NCBI RefSeq assembly: GCF_009914755.1
Contig: NC_060935.1
Reading direction: 5' to 3' (one strand)
Source of the DNA: the human T2T-CHM13v2.0 reference genome, Homo sapiens
DNA length: 64,000 nucleotides
Both the position numbers and the translations under genes were made by a program. Below the pieces are notes generated by a model. That model saw nothing but the letters and a program-made list of their open reading frames with translations. It was not told the DNA's origin and did not search any database. Positions 15,040-29,269 of this stretch are shown in pieces (the stretch's first letter is position 1; every line of letters starts with the position of its first letter).

Positions 15040-15848
15040 TGTAGTCCAGAGAATTTGAAATCATTCCTAATATCTTCTTCTTTTCATATTTAATTTCCCA
15101 AGTAATTATAATAATTATGCCCATATAATGTCTCTTAAAACTTTTATATTGTCTACCTCCAGTGCAACACTTTACTTCAAATTACAATTTTATTTCACCT
15201 ATACTGTGAATTAGCCTCCTAATTTATAACTAATTGTATTAAATGCATCCATTCTGCTAAGCTCCACCCTTCTAATTTCTTCTTCATACCTCATCCAGAG
15301 TTAACTTTTGAAAACTCAAACCTAAGCATGTTTCTATCCTGCCTGAAACTTTTTAGTGGGTTTCCATTTCTCCTGGAATAAAGACAGAAGCTCATAACTT
15401 GGTCTACCAGTACCCCATCTCCAACTTCACTAGGCTCTGCCTAATCAAACTCGTCTTTTTTTCTTATCCTTTGTACTTAGACTGCTCCAGTAAGTGTACA
15501 TGATGTTCTCTGTGGAATTCCCTTTTATTGCTTTTTTACTTAGTTAATTTCTACTCACCCTTACGTTCTCAGCTCAAGCTAACTTCTTTATAGAAGCCCT
15601 CTTTGATCTCCCTGCTGGGTCAAATTCCTCTACTGTCTTTCTTATGCAATACTCTTCTTCTTAACATCATGCTGCTATCCTTACAGTTTGTTCACAGCAC
15701 CAATTTTACTCATTTGAGTGTGATTATTTAATTAATGTCTCTACACTAAAGTATAATTTTTGTGAATGTGGGGATATGTGTGTTTCTGTTTCTAAGGTGT
15801 CTATCACATGGCAACAAATTAGGCAATCAAATATTTGTCAAATACATT
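15040..15848 (+). mobile_element. L2 LINE 3' portion
   Basis: AATAGCCTCCTAA-like motif, CCAGAGTTAACTTTTGAAAACTCAAACCT, TCTCAGCTCAAG..GAAGCCCTCTTTGATC; ends TAGGCAATCAAATATTTGT. Confidence 0.7.
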
Positions 15849-17329
15849 TATGTATCATTCACCAAAATGTTAGATAATAATTTGAATATGTCAATTTTCT
15901 TCCTTCTAATTATGCTCTCATTTATAATACATGTTCACAGTATTATTTCTACTTTTATCATATATTAAAACAGTTATTAATAGATAATGCTCAGTTTTAA
16001 TCTTCATTTATGAGTAGATAAATTGCTAGTTTAACTGCATAAAAATATACATTTCACATTCCGTGTTTATTCAACCAGTCTGGGAACAATTCTAGAGTTT
16101 ACATGGAAAAAAAGAAGAGCATTTTGTACTGTCAAAAGAGTTGATATGCCCTAATTCTCACCCTAACTAGACTGCAGGTTTCCCTGTCAGAGACCATGCA
16201 TTTAATGTTTTTACCCCTAAGGAATCAGGAGAATTCCAGACTTTAAGTGGATAGTCAATAAATAATTTACTCTATTTTTCTTCCCACATTCATGCTCCCT
16301 TAGCTGTTTTTGATTACTTGTCTGCCATTTTTGTGGCAACCTTTTGTGCTAGTTCACTGAACCAGAATATTTAAATGTTTTTATATAGCATTTATTTTAC
16401 GCTCACCCTGGCTTTTATAGCACATGAGAATTCAATACAACCAGAAAGTATTTGGTGACTTAAAAATTAAAGTATTTATGTTAGATTCTCTGGCAGAATA
16501 TTTATATTTTGGATTTACATACAGCTATTGAAATACTCTAAATATAAAGTGAGAGTTTCCTAAACTTTGAAGTAGCTTAGAAAACATCTAACCTGGCTGT
16601 AAGAAATTAATAACACCAAATTTGTATAGTCTCTCCTAGATAACTGCTTTTAATGAACTATTATTTCTCATTTTTATTCTCTTTGTACTCCCCCAATCCT
16701 CATCAGTGATACTAAGGTAAACTTACATGCTTTATGCATGATCAAAGTGCTTACACAAGAAAGATAGGATGATTAAGAAAAACAATGTAGGGAGCAGTTT
16801 CTTAAACTTCTTATTAAAGCCAACTTAATTCTCTGGAAAAGAATTAAGCAGCATTTGAAGGTCACCAGCTCTTCCCAAACCTTTCAGAGTATCTTGTCCT
16901 GAGACACAATGTTTGTGCAGCAACAACTGGTTGCCTGATAAAGAAAGAAAAGAGTGAGGGACCTCACTGATAAAGAATTGTCATGGGGTAAAGGACATGA
17001 GGGAAGGTAGGAGTGTTAGTACATACAACCTCCTGCTTTTTCTTTCCTTCTCATACGTATTTTGGGATCCAAGAGAAGATCACAAATATTTATGGTCCAA
17101 AAATTTTTTACCAAAATAAAAAATGTATGTACAACATCATAAAAATGTTACAATGGCTTGGGTAGCTCAAAAAATGTCAACTGGGCACCTTTGTTTGTAC
17201 TGCTTTAAGGCATCAAATAAATGTTAGTTAAGGCAGGATCCATGGTAGAGGTAAATGGCTTATGATATGATCAGAATAATAGCTTTCAATTGCATAGTAA
17301 TATGCGGTTTATATAGCTCCTTCAGATTA

Positions 17330-17765
17330 ATTATATCCTTTAAATCTCATCACAACCAAAGATTATATGATTAAAATTTAGAAGAGCCAGAACCAAAACC
17401 CAAGCCTTCCATTTTAAGTCCAGTAAGCTTTCCACTATGGGATGCTGAATCCTTTCTTTTCCTTCCTCATCTCCTCCTACTCCTCCTCCTCCTCCTTCTG
17501 TCAACTATATTAGTTAAATTTAGATGTGCTAGCATTGTTGGAGCTGGGGAAAAGATGTGGCTGAAGGTTGATAACATCAATCCTTCAAGCCTGCTTCCTG
17601 AGCTTCCAGAAGTTGGGCTTGCCACTTAACTTGCTGGATATATGTCTAACTTTTCTGAGATCAAGTATCTAGGTGTAAAATAGAGGCATTACCTCTCATG
17701 CCTAAATCACAAGTTTCTTTTTAAGTTTGATACCAAATAATTTAGAAGGAAATACTTTGTAATCT
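17330..17765. mobile_element. MIR fragments with an intervening degenerate (CCT)n tract at ~17461-17497
   Basis: GAAGAGCCAGAACCAAAACCCAAG and TAACTTTTCTGAGATCAAGT..TGTAAAATAGAGG are MIR-like. Confidence 0.45.
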
Positions 17766-19654
17766 CTAAAAAAATAATTTTAGGTGACTTATTTTAATTG
17801 TATTTATCATTTTCAAAGAATAACATTATAATAATTGCATTCACTAGGTACAAATTTCAATTGATGAATAAAAATGTGAGTCATCCTTTCTTTTAGAGGA
17901 GAGGAATAAAAAAAGGACACTTTGTAAATAAAGTTTGCTTTAACTGCGTTAGCTTGCTATTTCCCACCATCACTTTTGTCCTCCTCCTTGCTCATTAAGC
18001 AGTGAGTCCAAAGTGTATCTGTTGCTCTTGTTGCTGTAGTTGACTCTGAGTGGCTACAGTCTTTTCTAACTTGGACAAGAAAAGCTAGAGCATCAGTAAT
18101 CAGTCTTTTCCTCGCATTTTGCTTTTGTTTCTGGTAGGTAACAGTTGTTTTAGAACAAAATTCATTCAAACATGTTTCTCTATTAATTAGCTGGGGATGA
18201 GTTTATCTGTTATCAGGAAGAAGAATAAGGAACAGGCTCAAAATGTAAGAACATTTGCAATCTCTTTACCTTTGCAGTAAGTTTCCTTCTGCAAGTAGTC
18301 TTGTGACTAGCAGAGATTTAAAGCTTGGGTAATAAAAAAAATGAATAAAAAATCATCTTCTATGAGAATGTCAACCATGGGGCCACAGAGGAAAACTGGA
18401 AACTTGGGAAAACTGACATGAAGTGGAGGAGGTTTATTTTCTTTTTCTCTCTCTTATGGTAAGATTTGGAGACAGCAGAAGGAGAGAATATGAACACCTA
18501 TAAAAGAACATATAAAGTTCTTTTCAGAGAAAGAACTTTAAGGAACTTTTTGAATAGAGCAAGTTTATAATTAAAATACCATCTTTTAGATTACAACTGT
18601 TGTCATTATGGAATTAGCAGATATTTAAATTGGATTATTTTTACCAAATTACTGAATTTTCATCATTAATTGAGGTCAATAAATCTAATTTGAAGTATCA
18701 GGAACTAAGTGGTTATTTTAATAACAAGTCTAGAAAATAAAATACTATACATTTTTTTCAAATATGCAAAGGGCTATTCTAGTATACTACTGGAACAAGT
18801 AACGGTATTCTAGGAAAGTTTTATCCATATTTACTACAGAAAATTTAAAGAAGGAATAAAAAGATACTTCTTGTAATTCTCTATAGACATTCACTAAAGA
18901 GCTGAGTTATTTGGAGAATATAAATAAATTATTTAATACTTTGTAATTTTATCCAATGACTCATCTTTTAAAAATTGTTTGGATTTTCTGCCTTTAATGT
19001 AGTCGAAGGATCATATGATTAATATAGTAGGAATGAAAAGAATACTTTTTAAGTTGTACATTCCAGCTACTTTTAGGAAAGCTCATATTTAAATACTGGC
19101 ATCTATCTTTCTTTATTGATATTCTTTAGAATACTTCAATATTAATGTAATAGCCTTAACTCCTCTCCTTGTAACTAATGCCGTGCCTTCTCGCCCTTCC
19201 TTCATGTGTTACAAGAATCATCCTTCCAAACAAATTTGATTAGGTCACACTCCCACTGAAGACCATTCAATAACCTCTCCCTGTACACACACTAAATTCC
19301 AAAAAAGTCCAAGATACTTACTTATGTTCTGGCACTAACCAAAACTTCTGTTTATTATTATTTCACATTATGTTCCAGCAATACCAAGCCATAGGCAATT
19401 ATCTACATTCTATCAAGCTATCATATTTTTCCTCCTTTCAGTACTTGAAATGACTTTCCCTCTTTTACCCCGTACAGCCTTTCTCATCTTTCAAAGTCTA
19501 CTACATTCGTCTGTTGACACTCTTCCTTTGTGTCAACTACTTGCGTACATTGAGTATACTCTTATTATTGCTCTTATCACACTGTATTTGAACATACTGG
19601 TACAGTAAATTACAGTCTGGATTATGGGCTGTTTAAAATAGAATGCTTGTGGCT

Positions 19655-19925
19655 GGCTGGGTGCAGTGGCTCAGCATTTTGGGAGGCTGAGAGGGGCGGA
19701 TCCCTTGAGTTTAGGACTTCCAGACCAGCCTAGGCGACGTGGCGAAACCCCATCTCTACAAAAAACACAAAAATTAGCCAGGTGTGATCGTGTGTGCCTG
19801 TCATTCCAGCTACTCAGGAGGCTGAGGCTGGAGGATTACTTGAGCCCTGGCGATGGAGGTAGCTGTGAGCAAAGGTCACTGCACTCCAGCCTGGGTGACA
19901 GAGGGAGACCCCATCTCAAAGAAAG
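19655..19925 (+). mobile_element. AluJ SINE
   Basis: GGCTGGGTGCAGTGGCTCA head, GGAGGATTACTTGAGCCC AluJ-type right arm, deletion after GCTCA. Confidence 0.93.
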
Positions 19926-20055
19926 ATAGAATAGAATAGAATAGAATAGAATAGAATAGAATAGAATAGAATAGAATAGAACAGATCAGAACAGAACAGA
20001 ACAGAACAGAACAGAACAGAACAGAACAGAATAGAACAGAATAGAATAGAATAGA
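19926..20055 (+). repeat. Compound pentanucleotide microsatellite (ATAGA)11 ACAGA TCAGA (ACAGA)8 ATAGA ACAGA (ATAGA)3
   Basis: Read directly: 26 five-base units replacing the Alu tail. Confidence 0.98.
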
Positions 20056-20857
20056 ATATGTGTTTGTTTTTGTATCCTCGGTTCCCACACTCCCCAGCAC
20101 ATATCTAGGAAGCGTGATTGAGCAAACATAGAACAGATCTAGAGTAAGAGAGACTCAACAAATGCCAAGTGGTTTCTTTACTGAGCGCATGCTGATGTTT
20201 GCCAGAGTTTAGGTTGGATGTTAGATGAGTACAAGCAGTCATTAATTTGCAAAAGATTGATATTCTCTGAATAGCCCAGACTACTTCTTCCATAATCTCT
20301 TTTCTCCAGAGCTGTGCCAAAGATGAAGGACTTTCTTTTTTTTCTGGCTGAAATTGGGAGAAATGACAAGAAATTTGAAAAATAGAAATAAATAAATACC
20401 TATAAAAGTAAAAAAATGAATGAAAATAACTTTTCAGAATATCTCTTCAGAAATAGACAATTTATGGCTCAACATGCCATAGCAACAGGCAGAAAATGGT
20501 CAATCACAGTTTCTGGTCTGGGTCACTTTTGATGGTGCTTTTAATCTGGCATTGTCAGGTCACTATTTGGAGGATATTCCCTGACTAAGCTGTTAAAATT
20601 TCTGATTATACAAGTTTGTTTTGTATTTTCATAAAATGATCATTTTAATTTAAAGGTATAATAATATTCTTATTTCTTATTCAACATTTTATATCTTTGT
20701 GTAGAATATTTTCCTTATTGTTTTCATCTAGTTTGTTAAATTAAAATTAAATCTCTAAAACCAACTATTTGTGACAAATCACCAAAGCCTTTAGTGGTAT
20801 TTGTACAGCGAAATCATGAAATAATACGTGTGTCAATCAAATATATTTATACTTATA

Positions 20858-21187
<330 letters not shown>

Positions 21188-24100
21188 CTAAATTGTATAA
21201 ATACTAAAATCCTTCCATCTTTTTCCCCTAATTTTAGTCATCAAGTTCTTATGATCAATTGGCTTTCAAAACATACTGAGGCCTTCTTAACAACAAGTGA
21301 AAATTTCCAAATAAATGATCTTAATTAAATCATTTAAAGTACAGAGCAAACATGAAAGAACTATTAGTTATGCCTCAGTCCTCATAGAAATTATGTGCAC
21401 TAGATACAGTACACATTGTCATATTTTCCTACATTATTGTCATCATTTACCATGAAAAGCCAATTTAAAGGGAGGCTTTTTTTTTACATTAGGAAGACCT
21501 ATCTTCTAGCAAAATATTATAAACTTTAAAGCAAGATCAAAACTAAAGTCAGGACACTAGTTAATGAATCTGGAAATGAAGGTCAAATGGGACTTTGTGG
21601 ATCAACTTATAATTTAAAAAAAATAAGGACAAAAACAGCACACAGCTTGTTTAAAGAGACTTCCAGGTGCTGCTATATCTTTAGAAATTTTGATTATCTT
21701 ATAAGTACGTACTAAGTACAATAGTCACTATTCCTAAAGTACTTCTAGTGCACAGATGAATAGATTATGAAATATACAAGGCTCAAACGATATGTCAAAA
21801 ACATTGTCCAGATAAGTAGTATAGGAGTTTTGAGGAAGCAGGATTCACTTCAAGTTAGGATGATCTGGGGTAATTAAAATGATAGATGGACTTGTTTGGC
21901 AAATGAGGTGACAGAGGTATTTCTGAATTTGTATGAAGAGAATTTAGGTAATAGCTGCAAGCTACAAAAGTTTGAAGAAATGCATAGACTTGCTAGAGTG
22001 GAATATTAGTAGGTCCACTTTAAGAAAGCAAAAGGAAGAATGTGGTTTTAATAGCCAGGCAGAGAGCCAATAATCAATAGAGTCTTGAGCGTGAATTTCT
22101 ACTCAGAAACAAAATGACTGACCTGGTATTTTTTGTTATTGTTCAGATAGTTTTATTATTTTTTCTAAGACATTTTCATTAACTAGAATAGAGAGAGGAT
22201 GATTATCAATCCTATTGCTTTGAAAGGCACAAAACAAACACTGACATGAGATAAATTAAAAAATAAAGGTTTATTTTAGTTACATCAAAGCAGTTCTACA
22301 TTTAAAAGGCATTATACATTAATGTTTTATCACTTTTTATATATGTAATAATTTTTCTTTGAAGTGAAGATGCAGTTTAGCTCATTGGATTTGTGAGTAA
22401 AACAGATACTTTCAGCTCCTTTAAGCAAAAAACTGTAAGGCTATATTAAAACTTGTCAGTCTATTGATACCATAGTCTCTGGTTCTGACTTGCCAATAAC
22501 TTGATCTAATAATAAAGAAGAGAAAATATTTAGGAAATGACGTGGTAGAAGAAGAAAAGAAGTAGTGTGTTTTTTCTTTAAATGCTTCAAAATAGAGCTC
22601 TTCCCACTGACTTATACACCTGCGTGTGGGGAACAAGACCTACCAGCCACTGTGTGGTCTCCTTTGATACTTAGAACAGCCCAGAATAACCCATTCAATT
22701 CATTGGATGACTTCATTTCAGAAATCATGCTTTTTACTGAAATCTGAAAGCCGAGAAGTCCGGAACTGGCTTTACAAAGAGATGAAATAGTTTTATGCAA
22801 GAATAGCTCAAACAAAATGCAGGGATTTTTTTGTATTCCTTGTGGCTTCGTTGACAGTGATGCATTGATAGTTTGGGGGCAAATCTTCCTAGGTTGGAGC
22901 TGATCAACAAGTGGGAATCTGTAGCAAATTGTGTCAAGTCACGATCAATTCTTTGAGGTGTAATGATATTTTTATTAAGGCAAGTCAGTGGATACTTAGT
23001 ACCTATTAATGTTATATACAAGGTGTGGCATCGAATGTGTTCAAGTGTAAGTCTGTGTTAACTGATGCTTCTTTACAACAGATACCTACATATTCATTAT
23101 GTGTACATTTGTTTTCATTTGAGAGTGAACTTGATGTTATTTGAGTCCACAGTCTGTAAAACTCAGCCAACACACAGAAAAGTACACTGCTGCTAGAATT
23201 GCTTTCCAAGATCGTGAAACTGCTCTGATGTTTTACTCAGAGAGAAACCTTTACACCATTTCCACAGTCGGGTTTGATTGAACAAACAGGTTGTGCATTT
23301 GTAATGAAGCATGTGGATGAAAAACACAAAGTACCCAATCACCTTTGTGCTCATTGTAAGCCTGTTAACATCTCACATATCTCCTGAGATCCACTGCCCT
23401 TTTAACTAAGAGTAAAGCCACTTGTCTCCCCTAGGATAGCTGGGATGTCTGAAATAGCAGAATGTTTGCTTTTGGGCTAAATGCCTCTCCTGCTAGCTAG
23501 TTTAGCTATTGATTGTGCTTTAGCTTATGACTACTTTGCCCTGAGACTTCTCTCAAGGATTATAATCTATCTAACATTTATTCAGCACAGCCAATGCCTT
23601 TAGTCTTCAGGGTTTCCTTTCTGATTGACCTTATGTTCCCTTCAAGAAACTACCAGAGTATAGGCATGAGGGATATTAATGTGATCCCTAGGTTAAATAT
23701 TATTTCATTCCTTTTATGCAACTGTTCTCTTACAGTCAGAGACACCAAGTCTTTAATAAATTATAATTTCTTTAAAATTATAAAAATGTGTTGGTTAGAT
23801 TTAACAAAATTAACTATGCAAAAGAATGCAGAGAAAAGCTACATACCAAGACTTCCAGTATGAATATGGAAGAAAAATAGAGCAACTTCTCCCTTTTTCT
23901 GCATTTCCTACAAAAGTGACAAGGTAAACAGAAAAAAAAATAACCTCTCTATTTTCATTGAAACATGAAGGCATATATCAATCACAGACTGTGTGACTCT
24001 CATAGAAGCCATGTGAAGTGAGGTTCAGCAGAAGCCTCGAATGGGAAAGTGTTCACTAACAGAATGACAGTACAACTGCCAGGGCAATGCCAGTAAAAAT

Positions 24101-24969
24101 ACACCTCACGAAGGCATAAGGCAAAGGCAGAGTTGGAAAAAATTTATTATCTGCATCAAACAAGAGTTGCAGGATCTAGACAGAGTAGACAGAGATCAAG
24201 CAGATGCTGCATAGACAGAAAAGTTGCAACAAAGCCCCGCAGAGAACAGTCAAACAATCCAGAGATGCAAATTTTAGAAAAGGCAACAAATCATGTAATC
24301 TTTGAAGGAAATTTTTACAAATAACTGGGCCAGGAAATCTAATGCATTCCTTGGTGAACCCTATAAAAGTTGGAAACAATCAATATAAAAATACTATTGG
24401 AAAGCTTTGCTAGAATGATGCTGTCATAAAACACTAAATTCAGGAGAACTATCCTAACCTTGAAAGATCAAAATCCTGAAACTATAATGCTGGAAAAAAT
24501 AATTTTAAAATTATTCTAAAAAATTCTTTACATATTTAAAGAGGAATTATTTGAGAAACATACAAAAGCACAACAATACTTCCTAGGCCAATTTACACAA
24601 TAAAATACACAATGGTAACATATTTTTGCAAGCATAAACAGTAAGGTATACTAATGACAGTCACATACATGTAATAGTTACGAGCACGTGAATTGTATTC
24701 ATACAGAAATACATCTAAAAGCAAAATCTATAAATGCATATCACTATGGTCAGTTAGTGTGAGCACCAAGCTTTATAACTGGAGTCATCTGAAATACCAT
24801 GGCAGACAACCTGAGATTTTTGACAAGATCTATGGAAAACCACAGTAAGTTACAACTGCATATGCAGTCACCAAAAGAGCTGAGATCTTGAGAAACTTTA
24901 TCTTTCACAAATGCACACGTACAAATGGGACATTTCTCCATTTATTAAGGAAGCTTCAGTGTTTTCACT

Positions 24970-25785
<816 letters not shown>

Positions 25786-26732
25786 ATCTTGTGATTGGGA
25801 TTTTTAGAACTTTTCTTTTAAATGTTAGGGATTTTGAACTGTAGATATTTAGAAATAAGGAATTTTTATATTTCAGGATTTCAACATTAGGGTTAAGGCA
25901 TTTGGGATTGAGTCTTTGGGGATTATGATCCAAACCCAAAGTTCAGACCAAACACTTTACCATGACTTTGAAAAGGTAACAAAATAATTATTTCAATGAA
26001 AATAATACAGAAAAAAATGAAATGCAAGAACTCAGGTGAAGCAACAGTAGTTGGTTAAAATTAATTTTTAGAACACAATATAAAAATAAAACAAGTTAAA
26101 AAAAGAACAAAGAACAAGGTAAAATGGACAATGTGGAAAACACTGTAATTAACATGGAGTGGAGTATGGTATAGAAAAAATATGAGAATGAAAAACCAGT
26201 GAAATAAGATTAGAAAATGTTAAACAAATAAACAGTAAGCAAAAATATTAAATATTTGCATAATTGAAGTTTCCTTTAATAAGAAAAACAAAAATACTTA
26301 AAAATATTTTAAAGTGATTAGAGGGACATAAAACATTTAAGGAAAGCATTATTTTATTTTTCCATATTTTGTATTTTTGGTACTTGTTAGTCTTTACAAC
26401 TTTGCAATGTGTTGTGATGTTTTTCCCTAACCAAGCAAGCATTCAATTTGTACCCAATTCTGTACTTAAAATTGTATATTATTTTTCTAAAGAAGACACT
26501 CAGTATGATCTTCAGATACCCTAACTCCTTGGCCTGCTCCTGCATTACTGTATTTCTCTCCTTAAGATACTATAAATATTAAATGCATTCTTAATCATCC
26601 TTTTGCAATCAGTCTGTATTAAAAAACTGTAGGTTACTGAGAGTCTAATTTCATAAGGTAAACATGATTTTGTTGCTGTAGTATGAAACCACAAAGGAAA
26701 TAGCAGATATTAGGAGAATGATTATGATTTCC

Positions 26733-26905
26733 CTCATTGATTCATACAATAACAAACACTTATTGAAGTCCTGCTATGTGATACACTTTTAGTCTAGGCA
26801 ATGTACAAGAAAAGATAAGCCAAACTTTCCACAGCCCTGAACCTCATGGATCTTACACTCTGGTGGGAAGTGAGCATTAAAGGAATAATTACACAGATAA
26901 TTACA
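26733..26905 (-). mobile_element. L2 3' end
   Basis: CATTGATTCAT..AACAAACACTTATTGAAGTCCTGCTATGTG..CCTCATGGATCTTACACTCTGGTGGG. Confidence 0.75.
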
Positions 26906-26917
26906 CAGCTTCCATAC

Positions 26918-29195
26918 TGATATGGGTTGGCTGTGTCCCCACCCAAATTCCAACTTGAATTGTATCTCCCAGGATTCTCACATGTTGTGGGAAGGACCCA
27001 AGAGGAGGTAATTGAATCATGGGGGCCAGTCTTTCCCATGCTATTCTTGTGATAGTGAATACGTCTCATGAGATCTGATAGGTTTATCAGGTGTTTCCGC
27101 TTTTGTTTCTTCCTCATTCTCTCTTACTGCCACAGTGTAAGAAGTGCCTTTAGCCCTCTGCCATGATTATGAGTCTTCCTCAGCCATGTGGAACTGTAAG
27201 TCAAATTAAACCTCTTTTTCTTCCCACTGTTGGGCATGTCTTTATCAGCAGCATGAAAACAGACTAATACAATAAATTGATACCAGTAGAGTCGGGCGTT
27301 GCTGAAAAGATACCCGAAACTGGGGAAGCAACTTTGAAACTGGGTAACAGGCAGAGGCTGGAACAGTTTGGAAGGCTCAGAAGAAGACAGGAAAATGTGG
27401 AAGAGTTTGGAACTTCCTAGAGACTTGTTGAATGGCTTTTCCCAAAATGCTGATAGGGATATGGACAATAAGGTCCAGACTGAGGTGGTCTCAGATGGAG
27501 ATGAGGAACTTGTGGGGAACTGGAGCAAAGATGACTCTTGTTTTGTTTTAGCAGAGAGACTGGCAGCATTTGCCCCTGCCATAGAGATTTGCGGAACTTT
27601 GAACTTGAGAGAGATGATTTAGGGTTTCTGGCGGAAGAACTTTTTAAGCAGTAAAGCTTTCAAGAGGTGGCTTGGGAACTGTTAAAGGCATTCAATTTTT
27701 AAAAGGGAAACAGCATAAAAGTTCAGAAAATTTGCAGCCTGACTATTCAATAGAAAATAAAAACCCATTTTCTGGGGAGAAATTCTAGTCAGCTGCAGAA
27801 ATTTCCATAAGTAGCAAGGAGCCTAATGTTAATCCCCAAGACCATGAGGAAAATATCTCCAGGCCATGCCAGAGACTTCATAGCAGCGCCTCCCATCACC
27901 AGCCTGGAGGCCCAGGAGGAAAACGTGGTTTCACGGGCCAGGCCCAGCGTCCCCGTGCTGTGTGCAGCCTATGGACTTGGTGCACTGTGTCCCAACCGTT
28001 CCAGCCGTGGCTGAAAGGGGCCAATGTACAGCTCAGGCTGTGGCTTCAGGGGATGTAAGCCTTAAGCCTTCGCAGTTTCCACGTGGCATTGAGCGTTCGA
28101 GTGCACAGAACTAGAAGTCAAGAATTCAGGTTTGGGAAAGTTCGCTTAGATTTCAGAAGATGTACAGAAACACCTGGCCGCCCAGGCAAAAGTTTCCTGT
28201 AGGGGCGGGGCCCTACATTCTCCATTCTCATGGAGAATCTCTGCTAGGGCAGTGCAAAAGGGAAATATGAGGTCGGAGAACCCACACAGAGTCCCTTCTG
28301 GGGCACTGCTTAGTGGAGCTCTGAGAAGAGGGCCACTGTCCTCCAGACCCTAGAATGGCAGATCCACCGACAGCTTGCCCCGTGTGCCTGGAAAAGCCAC
28401 AGACAGTCAACAGCAGCCCCTGAAACCAGCCAGAAGGGAGGCTATACCCTGCAAAGCCACAGGGGCAGAGCTTCCCAAGACCATGGCAATACACCTCTTG
28501 CATCAGCGTGACCTGGTTGTGAGACCTGGAGTCAAAGGAGATCAATTTGACTGCCCCGCTGGATTTGGGACTTGCATGGGCCCTGTAAACCCTTTGTTTT
28601 GGCCAATTTCTTCTGTTTGGAATGGCTGTATTTACCCAATACCTGTACCCCATTGTTTCTAGGAAGTAACTAACTTGCTTTTGATTTTACAGTCTCATAG
28701 GCAGAAGGGACTTGCCTTGTCTCAGATGAGACTTTGTTTTGGGTTACTGCCGAAATGAGTTAAGACTTTGGGGGACTGTTGGGAAGGTATGATTGGTTTT
28801 GAAATGTGAGGACATGAGATTTGGAGGGGCCAGGGCAGAATGATATGGGTTGGCCATGTCTCCACTCAAATCTCAACTTGAATTGTATCTCCCCAGAATA
28901 CTCACATGTTGTGGGAGGGACCCAGGAGGAGATAATGGAATCATGGTGGCCAGTCTTTCCCATGTTATTCTCATGCTAGTGAATAAGCCTCAGGAGATCT
29001 GATTGGTTTATCAGTGGTTTCTGCCTTTCTTTCTTCCTCATTCTCTCTTGCTGCTGCCATGTAAGAAGTGCCTTTTGCCCTCTGCCATGATTATAAGACC
29101 TCCCAATCCATGTGGAACTGTAAGTCATATAAAAACTCTTTTTCCTCCCAGTCTCCAGTATGTCTTTATCAGCAGTGTGAAAATGGACTAGTACA
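26918..29195 (+). mobile_element. Full-length THE1A MaLR provirus (5' LTR 26918-27271, internal 27272-28840, 3' LTR 28841-29195)
   Basis: Two direct ~355-bp LTRs TGATATGGGTTGG...TACA matching THE1A. THE1-int with decayed ORF; polypurine tract TTGGAGGGGCCAGGGCAGAA before the 3' LTR. Confidence 0.96.
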
Positions 29196-29269
29196 GGTAT
29201 TTAACCAGTATACACACCAATAAAGACAATCCAGTTGATAGATTGTTACAATCCTTAAATACCAATTGG

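Larger units (their letters stand above)
19140..20170 (+). mobile_element. L2 LINE fragment interrupted by AluJ
   Basis: AATTTGATTAGGTCACACTCCCACTGAAGACCATTCAATAAC; 3' end AGACTCAACAAATG lies after the Alu. Confidence 0.55.

Noticed and set aside
19876-20100. Repetitive 74-aa ORF (LFYSI/LFCSV) and a CRISPR-like periodic look
   Set aside because: It is the translation of a pentanucleotide microsatellite plus Alu. There are no unique spacers or cas genes, and the DNA is primate.
26794-29191. Cluster of 60-150 aa ORFs
   Set aside because: All lie in THE1A LTR or internal sequence; the MaLR ORF is fragmented by stops and frameshifts.
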